DNA of 64,000 bases from Clostridiales bacterium (GTDB lineage Bacteria; Bacillota; Clostridia; Christensenellales; CAG-314): assembly GCA_022508305.1 (NCBI GenBank), contig JAFLVM010000002.1:91729-155728 (forward strand), written 5' to 3'. The position numbers and the translations under genes were made by a program. Numbering within the stretch: the first letter of the stretch is position 1; every line of letters begins with the position of its first letter. The notes beneath the pieces were generated by a model. That model did not search any database, was not told the DNA's origin, and was given only the letters and a program-made list of their open reading frames with translations. This document shows positions 18,572-28,671 of the stretch, in pieces.

Positions 18572-21187
18572 ATGCCCGAGCGCTCTTGTTCATATACTTT
18601 ACGGAAGTACTTTCGGGAGAATAGACCTTTGACAACTACTGACAATATTGTAAAAAATTCCTTGACGGACGAAGAGGTGGCGTCGCGGCTTGCTCAGTAC
18701 GGCGAAAATGCCGCTGAAGAAAAGGTCAAGCGCGGTTTTTTGCGTAAATTCATCAGTCAGTTCGGCGACTTGATGATTATCATTTTGCTGGTTGCTGCTG
18801 CCTTGTCCTTCGGTATGGCGTTGTACACAGGCGACAGGGCGGATTTGCTTGAACCAATCATAATCGTTGCAATAGTGCTTGTAAACGCCATTTTGGGTAC
18901 CGTGCAGGAGTTTCGCGCGGAAAAGTCGCTTGAAGCGTTGAAGCAGCTTACCTCGCCCAAAACCAAGGTAATACGAAACGGCGTGGTAACCTTGTTGGAC
19001 AGCAGACAGCTTGTGCCCGACGACGTGGTTATTTTCGAGGCGGGCGACGTGGTTACTGCCGACTGTAAACTGTTATTTTCCGAAAGCTTTTTCGTTAATC
19101 AATCGGCGTTGACGGGCGAAAGCGTACCCGTTGAAAAGCAGGCGTCAACGCGAAGCAAGAAAGGCGACGTAAACAAAATTTTCAGCGGTAGCTTCGTTAC
19201 GAAGGGTAGATGCTACGCCGTCGTCACAGCTACGGGCAAGCGTACGGAGCTTGGCAAAATCGCCGGCATGCTTGCCAATTCGCAAAATAATCTTACCCCA
19301 TTACAACAAAAACTCAAGCAACTGTCCAAAGTTATCGGTCTCGTTTGCCTTGCGGTTTGCCTGTTGGTGCTCATCATCGGCTTTGTCAAGGGCGTCAAAA
19401 ATATGTCCGCCGACGCAACGCTGACGAGTGTTTTCGTGGAAATTTTGCTCACTTCCGTATCTTTAGCCGTTGCGGCAATCCCCGAAGGCTTGCCCGCTGT
19501 GGTGACAATCGTTCTTGCTAAAGGAATTGAACAAATGGCAAGCAAAAACGCCGTCGTGAAAAGACTCACGGCAGTAGAGGCTTTGGGGTCGGCTACTGTA
19601 ATTTGTTCGGACAAGACGGGTACTCTCACGCAAAACAAGATGAGTCTCGTTGGCGTATTCGACGGTCAAAGCTACACTCTTGCGGACAATCTCGACAAGC
19701 AAGGTCACCTTTTGCAAGCGTACTGTTGGTGCAGTGACGCGCAAGTGAATGCCGAAGGTCAGTGGCTCGGAGACCCCACGGAAATTGCCGTGACGTCCGT
19801 TACTAAACTCACGAGGCGCTCGCTTAGGCTGTTCGAAATCCCCTTTGACAGCGCGCGCAAATTGATGACGGTGGTTGTCAAGGTGGACGGCAGGTACTAC
19901 GCCGTAACAAAAGGTAGTTTAGAGGCAATGAAGGATGCCACAAACTACAAGCAGTTCCACAAGACCTACCGCGTGTACACCAAGAAGGGTTTGCGCGTGA
20001 TGGCAATGGCTGTAAGAGAGGTTGGACACGACTTTCCCCGCTCGCAGGCTCTTGAAAAGCAGCTCACAATCTCCGCGCTGTTTACCATCGTAGACCCGCC
20101 GAGACCTGAAGCGGCAGATGCGGTAGCAACCTGCAAAAGCGCGGGAATTCGCCCCGTCATGATTACCGGCGACAACCTTGACACAGCAAGAGAAATTGCC
20201 ATGGAGTTGGGGATTTTTGGTGCTGACGACGTTGCAGTGGACGGCGAGGCCCTTGCTAAAATGTCAGACAAGGAGCTTGCCGAACAGGTTAGCAGAATAG
20301 CCGTCTACGCCCGCGTAACTCCTGCAGACAAGTTGCGAATTGTAAACGCTTGGCAAAGTAGCGGCGCAGTCGTGGCGATGACGGGCGACGGCGTAAACGA
20401 TGCGCCTGCCTTGAAAAACGCCGACATAGGCTGCGCAATGGGTAGCGGCACCGAGGTTGCCAAGGACGCCTCGGACATAATCCTCACCGACGACAATTTT
20501 GCTACCATCGTAGACGCCGTGTCTTTGGGCAGAAGCGTGTACGAGAACATAAAAAAATCCGTCACGTACCTACTCACCTGCAACATAGGCGAAGTGCTGT
20601 CCGTTTTCGTGGCGATATTGATTTGGAACGTGTCGCCGCTTTCGGCAATGCAGCTACTGTGGATTAACCTCGTCACCGACGGACTCCCCGGGTTAGCGCT
20701 CGGCATTTACAAACAGGAAAGCGACGTAATGCTACGTCCGCCCAAAGGCAAGCAGGAAACCTTCTTTAGCGGTGGCGGAGCGCGGAGTGTGGCGCTTGGC
20801 GGAGTGCTGTTTGGCGCGGCAACGATAGCAGGTTACGCTATCGGCAACACCGTCAGTAGCGCTGCGGGATGTACAATGGCATACTTGGTGCTTAGTATGT
20901 CGCAGCTATTTTACGTACTCGAAATGCGCAACAACGCGGGACTGTTCAAGGGCGGCATCACCAAGTTCATGTTGCTCAGCTTCTTCATTTCGGTGGGGCT
21001 TGTGGCAGTGGTCGCGTTCGTACCATTTTTCCAAGGTATTTTCGGCTTGCAGCTACTGAAATGGCAATTCTACCTGATTGCAATCGGACTTTCGCTGTTG
21101 CCTACGGTTGCTCACGAGCTTTCGCGACTTATTCAAAGGGGCAGAGGAAGAACGCTTGCAAGGAAAAAAGGGGCAAAAAAAGCATAA
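18572..21187 (+). CDS. P-type ATPase, Ca2+-transporting (P2A-like)
   Basis: Carries LTGESVPV, IPEGLPAVVT, CSDKTGTLTQNKM, MITGDN and MTGDGVNDAPALKNADIG. The start is uncertain: ATG 18572 has no SD, while TTG 18629 has GGGAGA 8 nt upstream. The TTG at 18533 in the ORF track sits directly after the terminator and is unlikely. Confidence 0.9.
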   Translation: MPERSCSYTLRKYFRENRPLTTTDNIVKNSLTDEEVASRLAQYGENAAEEKVKRGFLRKFISQFGDLMIIILLVAAALSFGMALYTGDRADLLEPIIIVAIVLVNAILGTVQEFRAEKSLEALKQLTSPKTKVIRNGVVTLLDSRQLVPDDVVIFEAGDVVTADCKLLFSESFFVNQSALTGESVPVEKQASTRSKKGDVNKIFSGSFVTKGRCYAVVTATGKRTELGKIAGMLANSQNNLTPLQQKLKQLSKVIGLVCLAVCLLVLIIGFVKGVKNMSADATLTSVFVEILLTSVSLAVAAIPEGLPAVVTIVLAKGIEQMASKNAVVKRLTAVEALGSATVICSDKTGTLTQNKMSLVGVFDGQSYTLADNLDKQGHLLQAYCWCSDAQVNAEGQWLGDPTEIAVTSVTKLTRRSLRLFEIPFDSARKLMTVVVKVDGRYYAVTKGSLEAMKDATNYKQFHKTYRVYTKKGLRVMAMAVREVGHDFPRSQALEKQLTISALFTIVDPPRPEAADAVATCKSAGIRPVMITGDNLDTAREIAMELGIFGADDVAVDGEALAKMSDKELAEQVSRIAVYARVTPADKLRIVNAWQSSGAVVAMTGDGVNDAPALKNADIGCAMGSGTEVAKDASDIILTDDNFATIVDAVSLGRSVYENIKKSVTYLLTCNIGEVLSVFVAILIWNVSPLSAMQLLWINLVTDGLPGLALGIYKQESDVMLRPPKGKQETFFSGGGARSVALGGVLFGAATIAGYAIGNTVSSAAGCTMAYLVLSMSQLFYVLEMRNNAGLFKGGITKFMLLSFFISVGLVAVVAFVPFFQGIFGLQLLKWQFYLIAIGLSLLPTVAHELSRLIQRGRGRTLARKKGAKKA

Positions 21188-21267
21188 TTACTCTTTTTCC
21201 CTTGAAAATCTTGCAGTTGTTTGGTACAATAGAATTAATATTTGTTAAAAATATACGTAGGTGAAAA

Positions 21268-23730
21268 ATGCAATCGGAAACTTTGCAAAACGTATTTGAA
21301 TTTGCCGCAATGTTTGCGCGCAATCAAAGGGAATCGAAACTTGCCAGCAAGCACGTTTTGTACGCCTTGGCAAGGGTGGACAACGAGGCGCGGCATTATC
21401 TTACGGAATTCGGCTTGACGGTCAACAACCTCGAACCCAAGGAAAAGGGGCATGGCGGAACGCTTACGGAATCGTCCGAGATACGCCAACTCAACGCGCG
21501 TGCTGCCTACCTTGCCCGAGAGCTTGGAGAGGACGACACCAACTGCATTCACATGCTGTTGGCTTTGCTTTCAATGCCGCAAACCTACGCCTACGAAAAG
21601 ATAGTGTACCTGCTGAAAAAGGACGGCAAAGAACCGCAACATCTCTTTGAGGCCATTTTGAGTAGTCTCAACAATGCCGACAAGCTCAAAGACGTGGGCA
21701 AAGACGTTGAAAAAGTAAGTACGGAAGCGAATTTTGACTCTCTTGATGCCTTTACCGAAGTGGAATTGGCGGCAGGCTTTTCAACTCAACCGCAGGACAA
21801 TGCAATTCAGTACGGTATTGACTTGACGGAACGCGCGGCAATTGACGGATTTGACCCAGTAGTGGGCAGAGAGATGGAAACGGAACGGGTTATTCAGACG
21901 TTGACCCGCCGTACCAAAAACAATCCCGTGCTTGTGGGCGAGGCGGGCGTTGGCAAAACAGCCGTCGTCGAAGGGCTTGCAATGTGCATGGCGAAAGGCA
22001 AAGTCCCCGCCGAACTTCAAGGAAAACGCTTGATTCAATTGGACATGGCGGGCATGGTTGCAGGTACCCGTTACCGCGGCGACTTCGAAGAAAGGCTTAC
22101 AAACCTTGTCAATCAGGTCACCTCGGCAGGCGACGTCATTTTGTTTATTGACGAAATTCACAACATGGTAGGAGCAGGCGGCGCGGCAGGCGCAATGGAT
22201 GCAGCGGAAATTTTGAAGCCTGCGTTAGCAAGGGGTGAGCTACACGTAATTGGCGCAACGACTACTCGCGAGTACAGGCTGTACATAGAAAAGGACCCCG
22301 CGCTGGAACGCCGTTTCCAACCTATCACGGTGGACGAGCCGTCGCCCGAGCTGGCTGTTAGGATTGTCAAAGGCGTCAAAAGCAAGTATGAGTCTCACCA
22401 TGGGGTTACGATAACCGACGAAGCTATAGAAACTGCGGTGCAGTTGTCCGTCAGATACGTCACGGACAGATTTTTGCCCGACAAGGCTTTTGACATCATT
22501 GACGAGGCGTGCAGCAAGCTCAAGATTGCCACCTATCAAGTACCCCGCGATTTGGTGGAACTGACTAACGCGTTAACTACGGTAAAACGCAAGTTGGATT
22601 TAGCTAAAACGTCCTCGGACATTGAGCAGATAAATTCCATTCAAAAACAGTACAACGAACTGCGCATGAAGTACGAATACGAATACGCCGATTATCAACA
22701 GCAGCTTGCGGACTACCCATGCGTGCTCACTGCCGATTACGTTCGCGTTGTTGTGTCGGAAATGACGGGAGTACCCGTTGCCGAGCTTTCCCGCGCCGAA
22801 AAGGACAAGCTCGTTCACCTCGAAGAGGAACTGAGCGAGCGGGTCATCGGTCAAAGCGAGGCGGTCAAGGTGGTGTCGCGAGCGGTACGCCGTCAGCGCG
22901 CAGGACTCAAAGACCCCAACCGACCGATAGGCAGCTTCATTTTCGTAGGACCTACGGGCGTTGGCAAAACGGAACTTGCCAAGGCTTTAAGTGACTGTCT
23001 TTTCGGCTCGAACAGTGACGTTATACGAATTGACATGTCCGAATACATGGACAAGTCGTCCGTTGCCAAGCTTATCGGCGCGCCTCCCGGGTACGTCGGG
23101 TACGACGAGAGCGGTTACCTCACGGAAAAGGTACTTCGCAGACCCTACAGTGTGGTGCTGTTCGACGAAATTGAAAAGGCTCACCCCGACGTGTTCAATT
23201 TGCTGTTGCAAATTTTGGACGAGGGCAGACTGACCGACAGCCACGGCAAAACGGTAGATTTCCGCAACACGGTGATTATTTTAACGAGTAACATCGGCGT
23301 AACGAATGCCGCTCCGAGCGCAATAGGTTTCGGCGCAAGCAGCGATTACCAAACGATGCAGGACAACGTTGACAGGGCGCTGCGTTCCTTCTTCCGACCC
23401 GAATTTTTGAACAGACTGGACGAGATAGTAACATTCAACTACTTGGGCAATGCGGAAATGTGCAAAATTGCCGAACTTATGTGTCGCTCATTGCACAAAC
23501 GCCTCAAGGGAACGCTAAACGTCAGGTTTACCGAGCGCGCAATACAGTGTCTGGCAGCCGACGGCTACGACAAAAACTACGGTGCCCGCCCCTTGAAGAG
23601 GGCAATTCAGCGTAAGGTTGAGGACGCTTTGGCGGAAAAACTGCTCATCGGCGAAATCAACAAGGGTGACAGCGTAACGGTGGATGCTTCTTGCGGCAAT
23701 CTGCGCTTTGTCACCACCAAAGCAAAATAG
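21268..23730 (+). CDS. clpC: Clp/Hsp100 AAA+ chaperone, ClpC-like (ClpP-interacting type)
   Basis: 820 aa. N-terminal Clp_N-like region. AAA-1 has [10 protein letters not shown] and [14 protein letters not shown]. The middle domain is short. AAA-2 has [12 protein letters not shown] and [14 protein letters not shown]. An IGF-type loop (SAIGFGAS) suggests ClpP docking, unlike ClpB. Confidence 0.85.
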   Translation: MQSETLQNVFEFAAMFARNQRESKLASKHVLYALARVDNEARHYLTEFGLTVNNLEPKEKGHGGTLTESSEIRQLNARAAYLARELGEDDTNCIHMLLALLSMPQTYAYEKIVYLLKKDGKEPQHLFEAILSSLNNADKLKDVGKDVEKVSTEANFDSLDAFTEVELAAGFSTQPQDNAIQYGIDLTERAAIDGFDPVVGREMETERVIQTLTRRTKNNPVLVGEAGVGKTAVVEGLAMCMAKGKVPAELQGKRLIQLDMAGMVAGTRYRGDFEERLTNLVNQVTSAGDVILFIDEIHNMVGAGGAAGAMDAAEILKPALARGELHVIGATTTREYRLYIEKDPALERRFQPITVDEPSPELAVRIVKGVKSKYESHHGVTITDEAIETAVQLSVRYVTDRFLPDKAFDIIDEACSKLKIATYQVPRDLVELTNALTTVKRKLDLAKTSSDIEQINSIQKQYNELRMKYEYEYADYQQQLADYPCVLTADYVRVVVSEMTGVPVAELSRAEKDKLVHLEEELSERVIGQSEAVKVVSRAVRRQRAGLKDPNRPIGSFIFVGPTGVGKTELAKALSDCLFGSNSDVIRIDMSEYMDKSSVAKLIGAPPGYVGYDESGYLTEKVLRRPYSVVLFDEIEKAHPDVFNLLLQILDEGRLTDSHGKTVDFRNTVIILTSNIGVTNAAPSAIGFGASSDYQTMQDNVDRALRSFFRPEFLNRLDEIVTFNYLGNAEMCKIAELMCRSLHKRLKGTLNVRFTERAIQCLAADGYDKNYGARPLKRAIQRKVEDALAEKLLIGEINKGDSVTVDASCGNLRFVTTKAK

Positions 23731-23737
23731 AACAGAT

Positions 23738-23774
23738 TTTAGGTGCGTGCGTTAAGTATGCGCCTAAATTTTTA
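23738..23774 (+). terminator. Terminator after clpC-like gene
   Basis: TTTAGGTGC ... GCGCCTAAA (one G-U pair) followed by TTTTT. Confidence 0.6.
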
Positions 23775-23887
23775 TCGGTGGCGGGACAAATCTGTTTTTC
23801 CTTGTGTTGTATTGGTGAAAAGGGTTGCATTAGTTATGTTGTTTTCAAATAATTGCAACAGTTAAAACCGTAAACAAGGAGTTGGAT

Positions 23888-24484
23888 ATGTCTAAATTGA
23901 CTACGAGACAAAAGGTAGCGTTGTTCGTGTGCCTCGGCATTGTTGCAAACATACTGACAATCGGCGGAATTGGCTTCTTTTATTATATGATTTTTGCTTA
24001 CGCAGACTATGGCAAAATGTACAATTTGTACGCTGCGGCTGACGACAGTGATTACGAGTACTTCAATATGACGGTCTCTCACGTTATAAGAAACGAAGGA
24101 GCGGACAGCGCGTATATATACGTTGACAGCATTGATACCGAGGATTTTTACAGCCGTTACGCTGACAAATATACAAAAGATACGGTTAAAACCAATTTGC
24201 CGTACTACTTTGGCGCATTGCAAGTACAAGGTCAATCGTATTTAATTCTTTTAGAAAGCGGTTTTTTTGAAAAAGCCGAGCAAGATGGCGTTGTGCTTAC
24301 CGTTTATTCGCATCCCGAATACTGGTGGCACGAATGGGATTGCCCGTTAATTGCTGTTTCAATCGGCGACGAAGTGTACCTTGACTTTGAAACGGGCAAG
24401 CAAAACTGGCTTGACTGGCTCAAGTTCAAGAGCGAGGACTACGGATTTTTGCAAACGCCCATAAAAGAAAGAGGTGTAGTATGA
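23888..24484 (+). CDS. Hypothetical membrane-anchored protein
   Basis: SD AAGGAG lies 6 nt before ATG 23888. One N-terminal TM segment (VALFVCLGIVANILTIGGIGFFYYMIF). No recognisable motif. Confidence 0.6.
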   Translation: MSKLTTRQKVALFVCLGIVANILTIGGIGFFYYMIFAYADYGKMYNLYAAADDSDYEYFNMTVSHVIRNEGADSAYIYVDSIDTEDFYSRYADKYTKDTVKTNLPYYFGALQVQGQSYLILLESGFFEKAEQDGVVLTVYSHPEYWWHEWDCPLIAVSIGDEVYLDFETGKQNWLDWLKFKSEDYGFLQTPIKERGVV

Positions 24485-25107
24485 AAAAAGTAATTTCGTT
24501 TGTTTGCGCAGTCTTCTTGTCATTGAGCTTGTTGTTTGCATGCTCCGCTTGCGGGCTGTCGGACGTCAATGAACATCAAGCTAAAGAAATCGCGCAAGAT
24601 AAATTTAATCTTGATACGGTTTTGTTTGCAGAAGTCTGTTCGTCGTCTGCTTTGTACTACGTTACTCAAAACGGCGAACCTATTTACTGTATTGATGAAA
24701 ACAATCCGGAGCTTTATAGGTTGCCTACGTGCAAATACGGTATATTTGTAATGGGTGTAAAGGGGAACGAGGAAGTTTTGATTCTCGTGTACAGCGACCC
24801 CACCATGGAACCCATTGCTATAGATTGGTCTTTCAACAAGTCCTATCGGGAAATTGTAGCCTTGCTAAACGACAACGACAGAGGACTGGCGGTAGAGGAG
24901 TGTGGCGATCTTGTTTTGCGCCCGTACGACCCTGATACTTGGATTGGCTCTCCGTATATGGGATTGGCATACGAAAGCGACAAAATTTTGATTAAGAGTT
25001 TGGAATGGGACGCTCCCTTCCTGCTTGTAAGCAAGTATTTTATAGTGATTCAAGTAAACGGCGAGCTTATGATTTTTGATACAGCTAATGTATTGTACGC
25101 CCAATAA
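24481..25107 (+). CDS. Hypothetical lipoprotein
   Basis: ATGA overlap with the previous gene. MKKVISFVCAVFLSLSLLFACSACG carries a lipobox. Confidence 0.65.
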   Translation: MKKVISFVCAVFLSLSLLFACSACGLSDVNEHQAKEIAQDKFNLDTVLFAEVCSSSALYYVTQNGEPIYCIDENNPELYRLPTCKYGIFVMGVKGNEEVLILVYSDPTMEPIAIDWSFNKSYREIVALLNDNDRGLAVEECGDLVLRPYDPDTWIGSPYMGLAYESDKILIKSLEWDAPFLLVSKYFIVIQVNGELMIFDTANVLYAQ

Positions 25108-25129
25108 AATCTACGGTAATCAAACAAAG

Positions 25130-25162
25130 ACAGTCTTTGAGCAATCAAGGACTGTTTTGTAT
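25130..25162 (+). terminator. Terminator
   Basis: ACAGTCTTTGA, GCAA loop, TCAAGGACTGT (one mismatch), then TTTTGT. Confidence 0.65.
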
Positions 25163-25300
25163 TACGTACGGAAATCTTGTAAAAAATACGTAAAAATTCC
25201 TTTTTCAGATATTGAAACTAATGGTATAATTATGGTATAATAGATATAGGAAAATTCAGATAAGATTTTCCGTTGTAACAAAAAAGTTGGAGGTAAAATT

Positions 25301-25831
25301 ATGAAACTTGAAATTGTTGCAAAAAATTACCGTGTAACGGACAGGCTGGAGCAAATTCTCGAAGCCAAGACCAAACGTCTGGACAAATACTTCCCGGACG
25401 ACAAAACTCCCTGCAAGGTTGTGCTTAGCGACCTCGGCAGACAGTGCAAAATGGAAATTTCCATCAACTACCACGGTACGCACATTCGCTCGGAGGTGGT
25501 TGGTGACACAATGTACTACAACGTTGACGCCGCGTTGCCGAAACTTGAACGTCAGCTCATCAAGCACCGCGAAAAGCTCAACAAATCCTACAAGATGCCC
25601 GAGCGCCCCGCCGAATACGAATTCGTGTCCGACGTAGAGGTAACTCCGCTGAAAATTGCCAAGACAAAACGCTTCGTTGTAGACACGATGACGGCGGTCG
25701 AAGCGGCGGAAAACTTGGAACTTGTAGATCACGATTTTTACCTGTTTGTAAACGTAGAAACGGGCAACGTAGAGGCAGTGTACCGTCGTAAGGACGGCGC
25801 AATCGGTCTTTTGCAGCCCTACATTGAATAA
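25301..25831 (+). CDS. hpf: Ribosome hibernation promoting factor (long HPF)
   Basis: 176 aa. MKLEIVAKNYRVTDRLEQILEAKTKRLDKYF (S30AE/RaiA fold) plus the C-terminal dimerisation domain (KRFVVDTMTAVEAAENLELVDHDFYLFVN). Confidence 0.92.
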   Translation: MKLEIVAKNYRVTDRLEQILEAKTKRLDKYFPDDKTPCKVVLSDLGRQCKMEISINYHGTHIRSEVVGDTMYYNVDAALPKLERQLIKHREKLNKSYKMPERPAEYEFVSDVEVTPLKIAKTKRFVVDTMTAVEAAENLELVDHDFYLFVNVETGNVEAVYRRKDGAIGLLQPYIE

Positions 25832-25846
25832 AAGGAGGAAGAAAAT

Positions 25847-26866
25847 ATGAACACAATTTTGACGCTTTTGGGAGAAGTTACCTATCTCAATTGGCTAATT
25901 CCCGTAATAGTAGTGGCGGTGGTATTGCTGATAGTTTTGATGCTTGTACCCATTCCCACTTGGTTTATTGCTCTTGTCAGCAACGCGCACGTATCAATGA
26001 GCCGTCTTGTCGGCATGAAATTGCGCCGTATCAAGTACCGTATGCTTGTTGACGTGTACATTCGCGCGCGCAAAGCAGGCTTGGACATCGACATCGCCGA
26101 ACTTGAAAGCCACGTAATGGCAGGCGGTAACATTAGTAACGTTGTAAACGCTTTAATTTCAGCTCACAGCGCGAACATTGATTTGTCCTTGCAGTCAGCT
26201 AAGGCAATCGACCTTGCAGGTCGCGACGTGTTGAACGCGGTTAAGGTGTCCGTAAACCCCAAGGTTATCGAAACGCCCGTTATTTCAGCAATTGCCAAGA
26301 ACGGTATCGAGCTTAGAGTTAAAGCCCGCGTAACGGTTCGCGCAAACATCGCTCGCCTCATCGGTGGCGCAGGTGAAGAAACCATCATTGCCCGCGTAGG
26401 CGAAGGTATCGTAACAACCGTAGGCTCATCCGAAAACCACAAGGAAGTGCTTGAAAACCCCGACCTTATTTCCAAAACCGTTTTGAAAAAAGGTCTTGAC
26501 GCAGGCACGTCCTACGAAATTCTCAGTATCGACATCGCAGACGTTGACGTAGGCAGAAACATTGGCGCACAACTTCAAATGGACCAAGCGGAAGCGGACA
26601 AGCGCATAGCTCAAGCAAACGCCGAGGAACGCCGCGCAATGGCAATCGCAACCGAGCAGGAAATGAAGGCTCACACGCAGGAAATGCGCGCAAAGGTTGT
26701 GGAAGCGGAAGCAGAAGTACCCAAGGCAATGGCAGAGGCTTTCAGAAGCGGCCGTTTGGGAATCATGGACTACTATCAAATGCAAAATATTCAAGCGGAC
26801 ACTTCTATGCGTAACGCAATCAGCGGTAACGGCGAAGGTTCCGTTGGAAAGGGTGGCAAGAAGTAA
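25847..26866 (+). CDS. floA: Flotillin-like protein FloA (YqfA family)
   Basis: 339 aa, almost co-linear with B. subtilis FloA as I recall it ([86 protein letters not shown]). Confidence 0.93.
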   Translation: MNTILTLLGEVTYLNWLIPVIVVAVVLLIVLMLVPIPTWFIALVSNAHVSMSRLVGMKLRRIKYRMLVDVYIRARKAGLDIDIAELESHVMAGGNISNVVNALISAHSANIDLSLQSAKAIDLAGRDVLNAVKVSVNPKVIETPVISAIAKNGIELRVKARVTVRANIARLIGGAGEETIIARVGEGIVTTVGSSENHKEVLENPDLISKTVLKKGLDAGTSYEILSIDIADVDVGRNIGAQLQMDQAEADKRIAQANAEERRAMAIATEQEMKAHTQEMRAKVVEAEAEVPKAMAEAFRSGRLGIMDYYQMQNIQADTSMRNAISGNGEGSVGKGGKK

Positions 26867-26890
26867 AGAGGATTCTTTTAGGAGAAGAAT

Positions 26891-27394
26891 ATGCCAGAAG
26901 GAAGTATCATAGCGATGGTTATGGGCTTGACTGTCACGGCGGTTGTTGTGATTGGCTTTGTGGTGGCGTTCGTTACCATTTTTAAGAAAGCGCAGCAGCA
27001 AAAGACTCAACAAGAGTACGCCGAGAAATATCGCGCAAGGAATGAAGCCGAAAAAGCAGCCGCCAGACCCAACCAAAACAGCTTGACGGCGCAGCAACAG
27101 AAAAAGCTTGACGCCGTTCGCGACCGCTACAAGGAGCAACGCGACAGGCATCAATTAGACGCGGACAAGCACGAACACTTGGGTGAAGAAGAGCATTACG
27201 ATGATATTGTAGGCTCGCTTGGCGAAGTAAACGACGAAGGCTGCGTGGATTTGAGCGGCGTGCGGTTTATCGCTCACGACATTGCTTACGAAACGGAACA
27301 CGACCGCGCCGACTACTCCAAGGTAGCGCAAGCAATGGTGCTGGGTGAAATACTGAATAACCCCCGTTTCCAAAAGCCCTATACGCGCAAATAG
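26891..27394 (+). CDS. Hypothetical membrane-anchored charged protein
   Basis: 167 aa. SD AGGAGAAG. One N-terminal TM segment, then a Lys/Gln/Glu-rich region. Directly follows floA. Confidence 0.6.
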   Translation: MPEGSIIAMVMGLTVTAVVVIGFVVAFVTIFKKAQQQKTQQEYAEKYRARNEAEKAAARPNQNSLTAQQQKKLDAVRDRYKEQRDRHQLDADKHEHLGEEEHYDDIVGSLGEVNDEGCVDLSGVRFIAHDIAYETEHDRADYSKVAQAMVLGEILNNPRFQKPYTRK

Positions 27395-27396
27395 CG

Positions 27397-27509
27397 AATC
27401 AAAAACAAAAAACAATAAAACCAAACAAAACAATACAATACAAACATAACAATTAAAACAATTAAAACTAACAAAACCAACAAAACAATTAAAAAATAAC
27501 AAAAAAACA
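27397..27509 (+). repeat. 113-nt G-free, A/C-rich low-complexity tract (3' UTR)
   Basis: There is no G between 27397 and 27509. It contains three copies of AACAATTAAAA and lies between the stop at 27394 and the terminator hairpin. Confidence 0.9.
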
Positions 27510-27537
27510 GCGACAGTCAATTCTGTCGCTGTTTTTG
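27501..27537. terminator. Bidirectional terminator
   Basis: ACAGCGACAG (27507-27516), 6-nt loop, CTGTCGCTGT (27523-27532). Flanked by an A-run and a T-run and located between convergent genes. Confidence 0.85.
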
Positions 27538-27553
27538 ATTGAATTAGAGTTTG

Positions 27554-28483
27554 TTATTTCTTGCCCAAGTAGATATTGACAAGCTTGACGTATTCCTGTT
27601 CGGTAATGGCGTTGGTTGCCAGCAGCAAACGCAGCTTGTTTATCTTTGCAACTGCTTCGGGGCTAAGCTCCTCGTTTTGAGCGCCGTAGGTGTTGGCAAC
27701 GACGTCGTTTACGGTAACGTCCGTTTGAGGTACGTATTCCGTTGCGGGCGTTTCATCAATTTGAGCTTCCTCAACTTCAACGGGCGCCTCTTGAGGTTCT
27801 TCCACGTCAGTAGTTATGAGAGGTTCTTCGATTGTCGGTTCAACTGCTTCGGTTTGCTCTTCAGCTTCGTCTGCGCTTACTTCTTCGGGCTGCGATTGTT
27901 CAATCTCCTGTTCCGTAGAGGGTTCAGCCTCGCTTGCCACTGACTCGTCGGAAGCTGCAACCTTCTCACGCTTGGGTTTTACGCCCAACGCGCTACCTGC
28001 AAAGATTACGAAGATTCCAAGCAAACCCGCGCTTGCAAAGCGAACGATTGTGTCCAATGCCGTCCAGGAAAATTCCGCATGGCTTTCCCAATCTTGACCG
28101 TATACCAGTTGCGGCGCGCAAACGATAGTGTACACTGTCAGTATCGTTACGGCGATTAGAGCAAGCGCGCTACCTGCAACGTATTTCGCTTGCTTCGGTG
28201 TTTTGTGAACAAACAGCAGCACTGCCGCAAGGAAAAACAGCAAGCAGGGCAGGCCGTAAGCCAGTAGTGACACGACGAATGACAAATCCTCCGTCAAGCC
28301 CAATTTTTCTGCCACGATGTTTTGTCCTTGATAGAAAGCGGATGCAACAGCGGAACCTGTTTCAAACGCTCCGTCACGCGCGTAAAGCAAAAATACGATT
28401 GCTAACGCGGCAACAATCAGGCACGCTACCAAAAGCAGCGACAGTACGCCAACGATAATCTGTAACGCTCTGCGAGTTTTCAT
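27554..28483 (-). CDS. Multi-pass membrane protein with acidic linker and C-terminal SHOCT-like domain
   Basis: Start MKTRRALQIIVGVLSLLL (ATG 28483, AAGGAG 11 nt upstream). Several TM segments, then an E/P/T-rich acidic stretch. The C-terminus KINKLRLLLATNAITEQEYVKLVNIYLGKK resembles SHOCT. Confidence 0.65.
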   Translation of the reverse strand: MKTRRALQIIVGVLSLLLVACLIVAALAIVFLLYARDGAFETGSAVASAFYQGQNIVAEKLGLTEDLSFVVSLLAYGLPCLLFFLAAVLLFVHKTPKQAKYVAGSALALIAVTILTVYTIVCAPQLVYGQDWESHAEFSWTALDTIVRFASAGLLGIFVIFAGSALGVKPKREKVAASDESVASEAEPSTEQEIEQSQPEEVSADEAEEQTEAVEPTIEEPLITTDVEEPQEAPVEVEEAQIDETPATEYVPQTDVTVNDVVANTYGAQNEELSPEAVAKINKLRLLLATNAITEQEYVKLVNIYLGKK

Positions 28484-28671
28484 AACAAATTTTACTCCTT
28501 TGTTAAACTCAAAATTGAGTTCAAAGTTCATTATGTTACATTGTACCACGCCGTAATTTATTTTGCAAGAAATAAATTAAAGTTTTTCACAGGGTGGAAA
28601 GTGAAGTTTTAACTCACCTGTCGCAATTTCGCGCAAATGCGACAAGCTTCACTCGCGTTAGCGAAATTCAC

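Noticed and set aside
21188-21267. A CtsR operator (GGTCAAA direct repeat) upstream of the clpC-like gene
   Set aside because: No GGTCAAA repeat is present. I see only a SigA-like TTGAAA-17-TACAAT.
27397-27509. Whether the repeated AACAATTAAAA units form a CRISPR array or other structured repeat array
   Set aside because: There are only three short, irregularly spaced copies within a low-complexity tract. There is no repeat-spacer periodicity and no cas gene. I kept it only as a compositional oddity.
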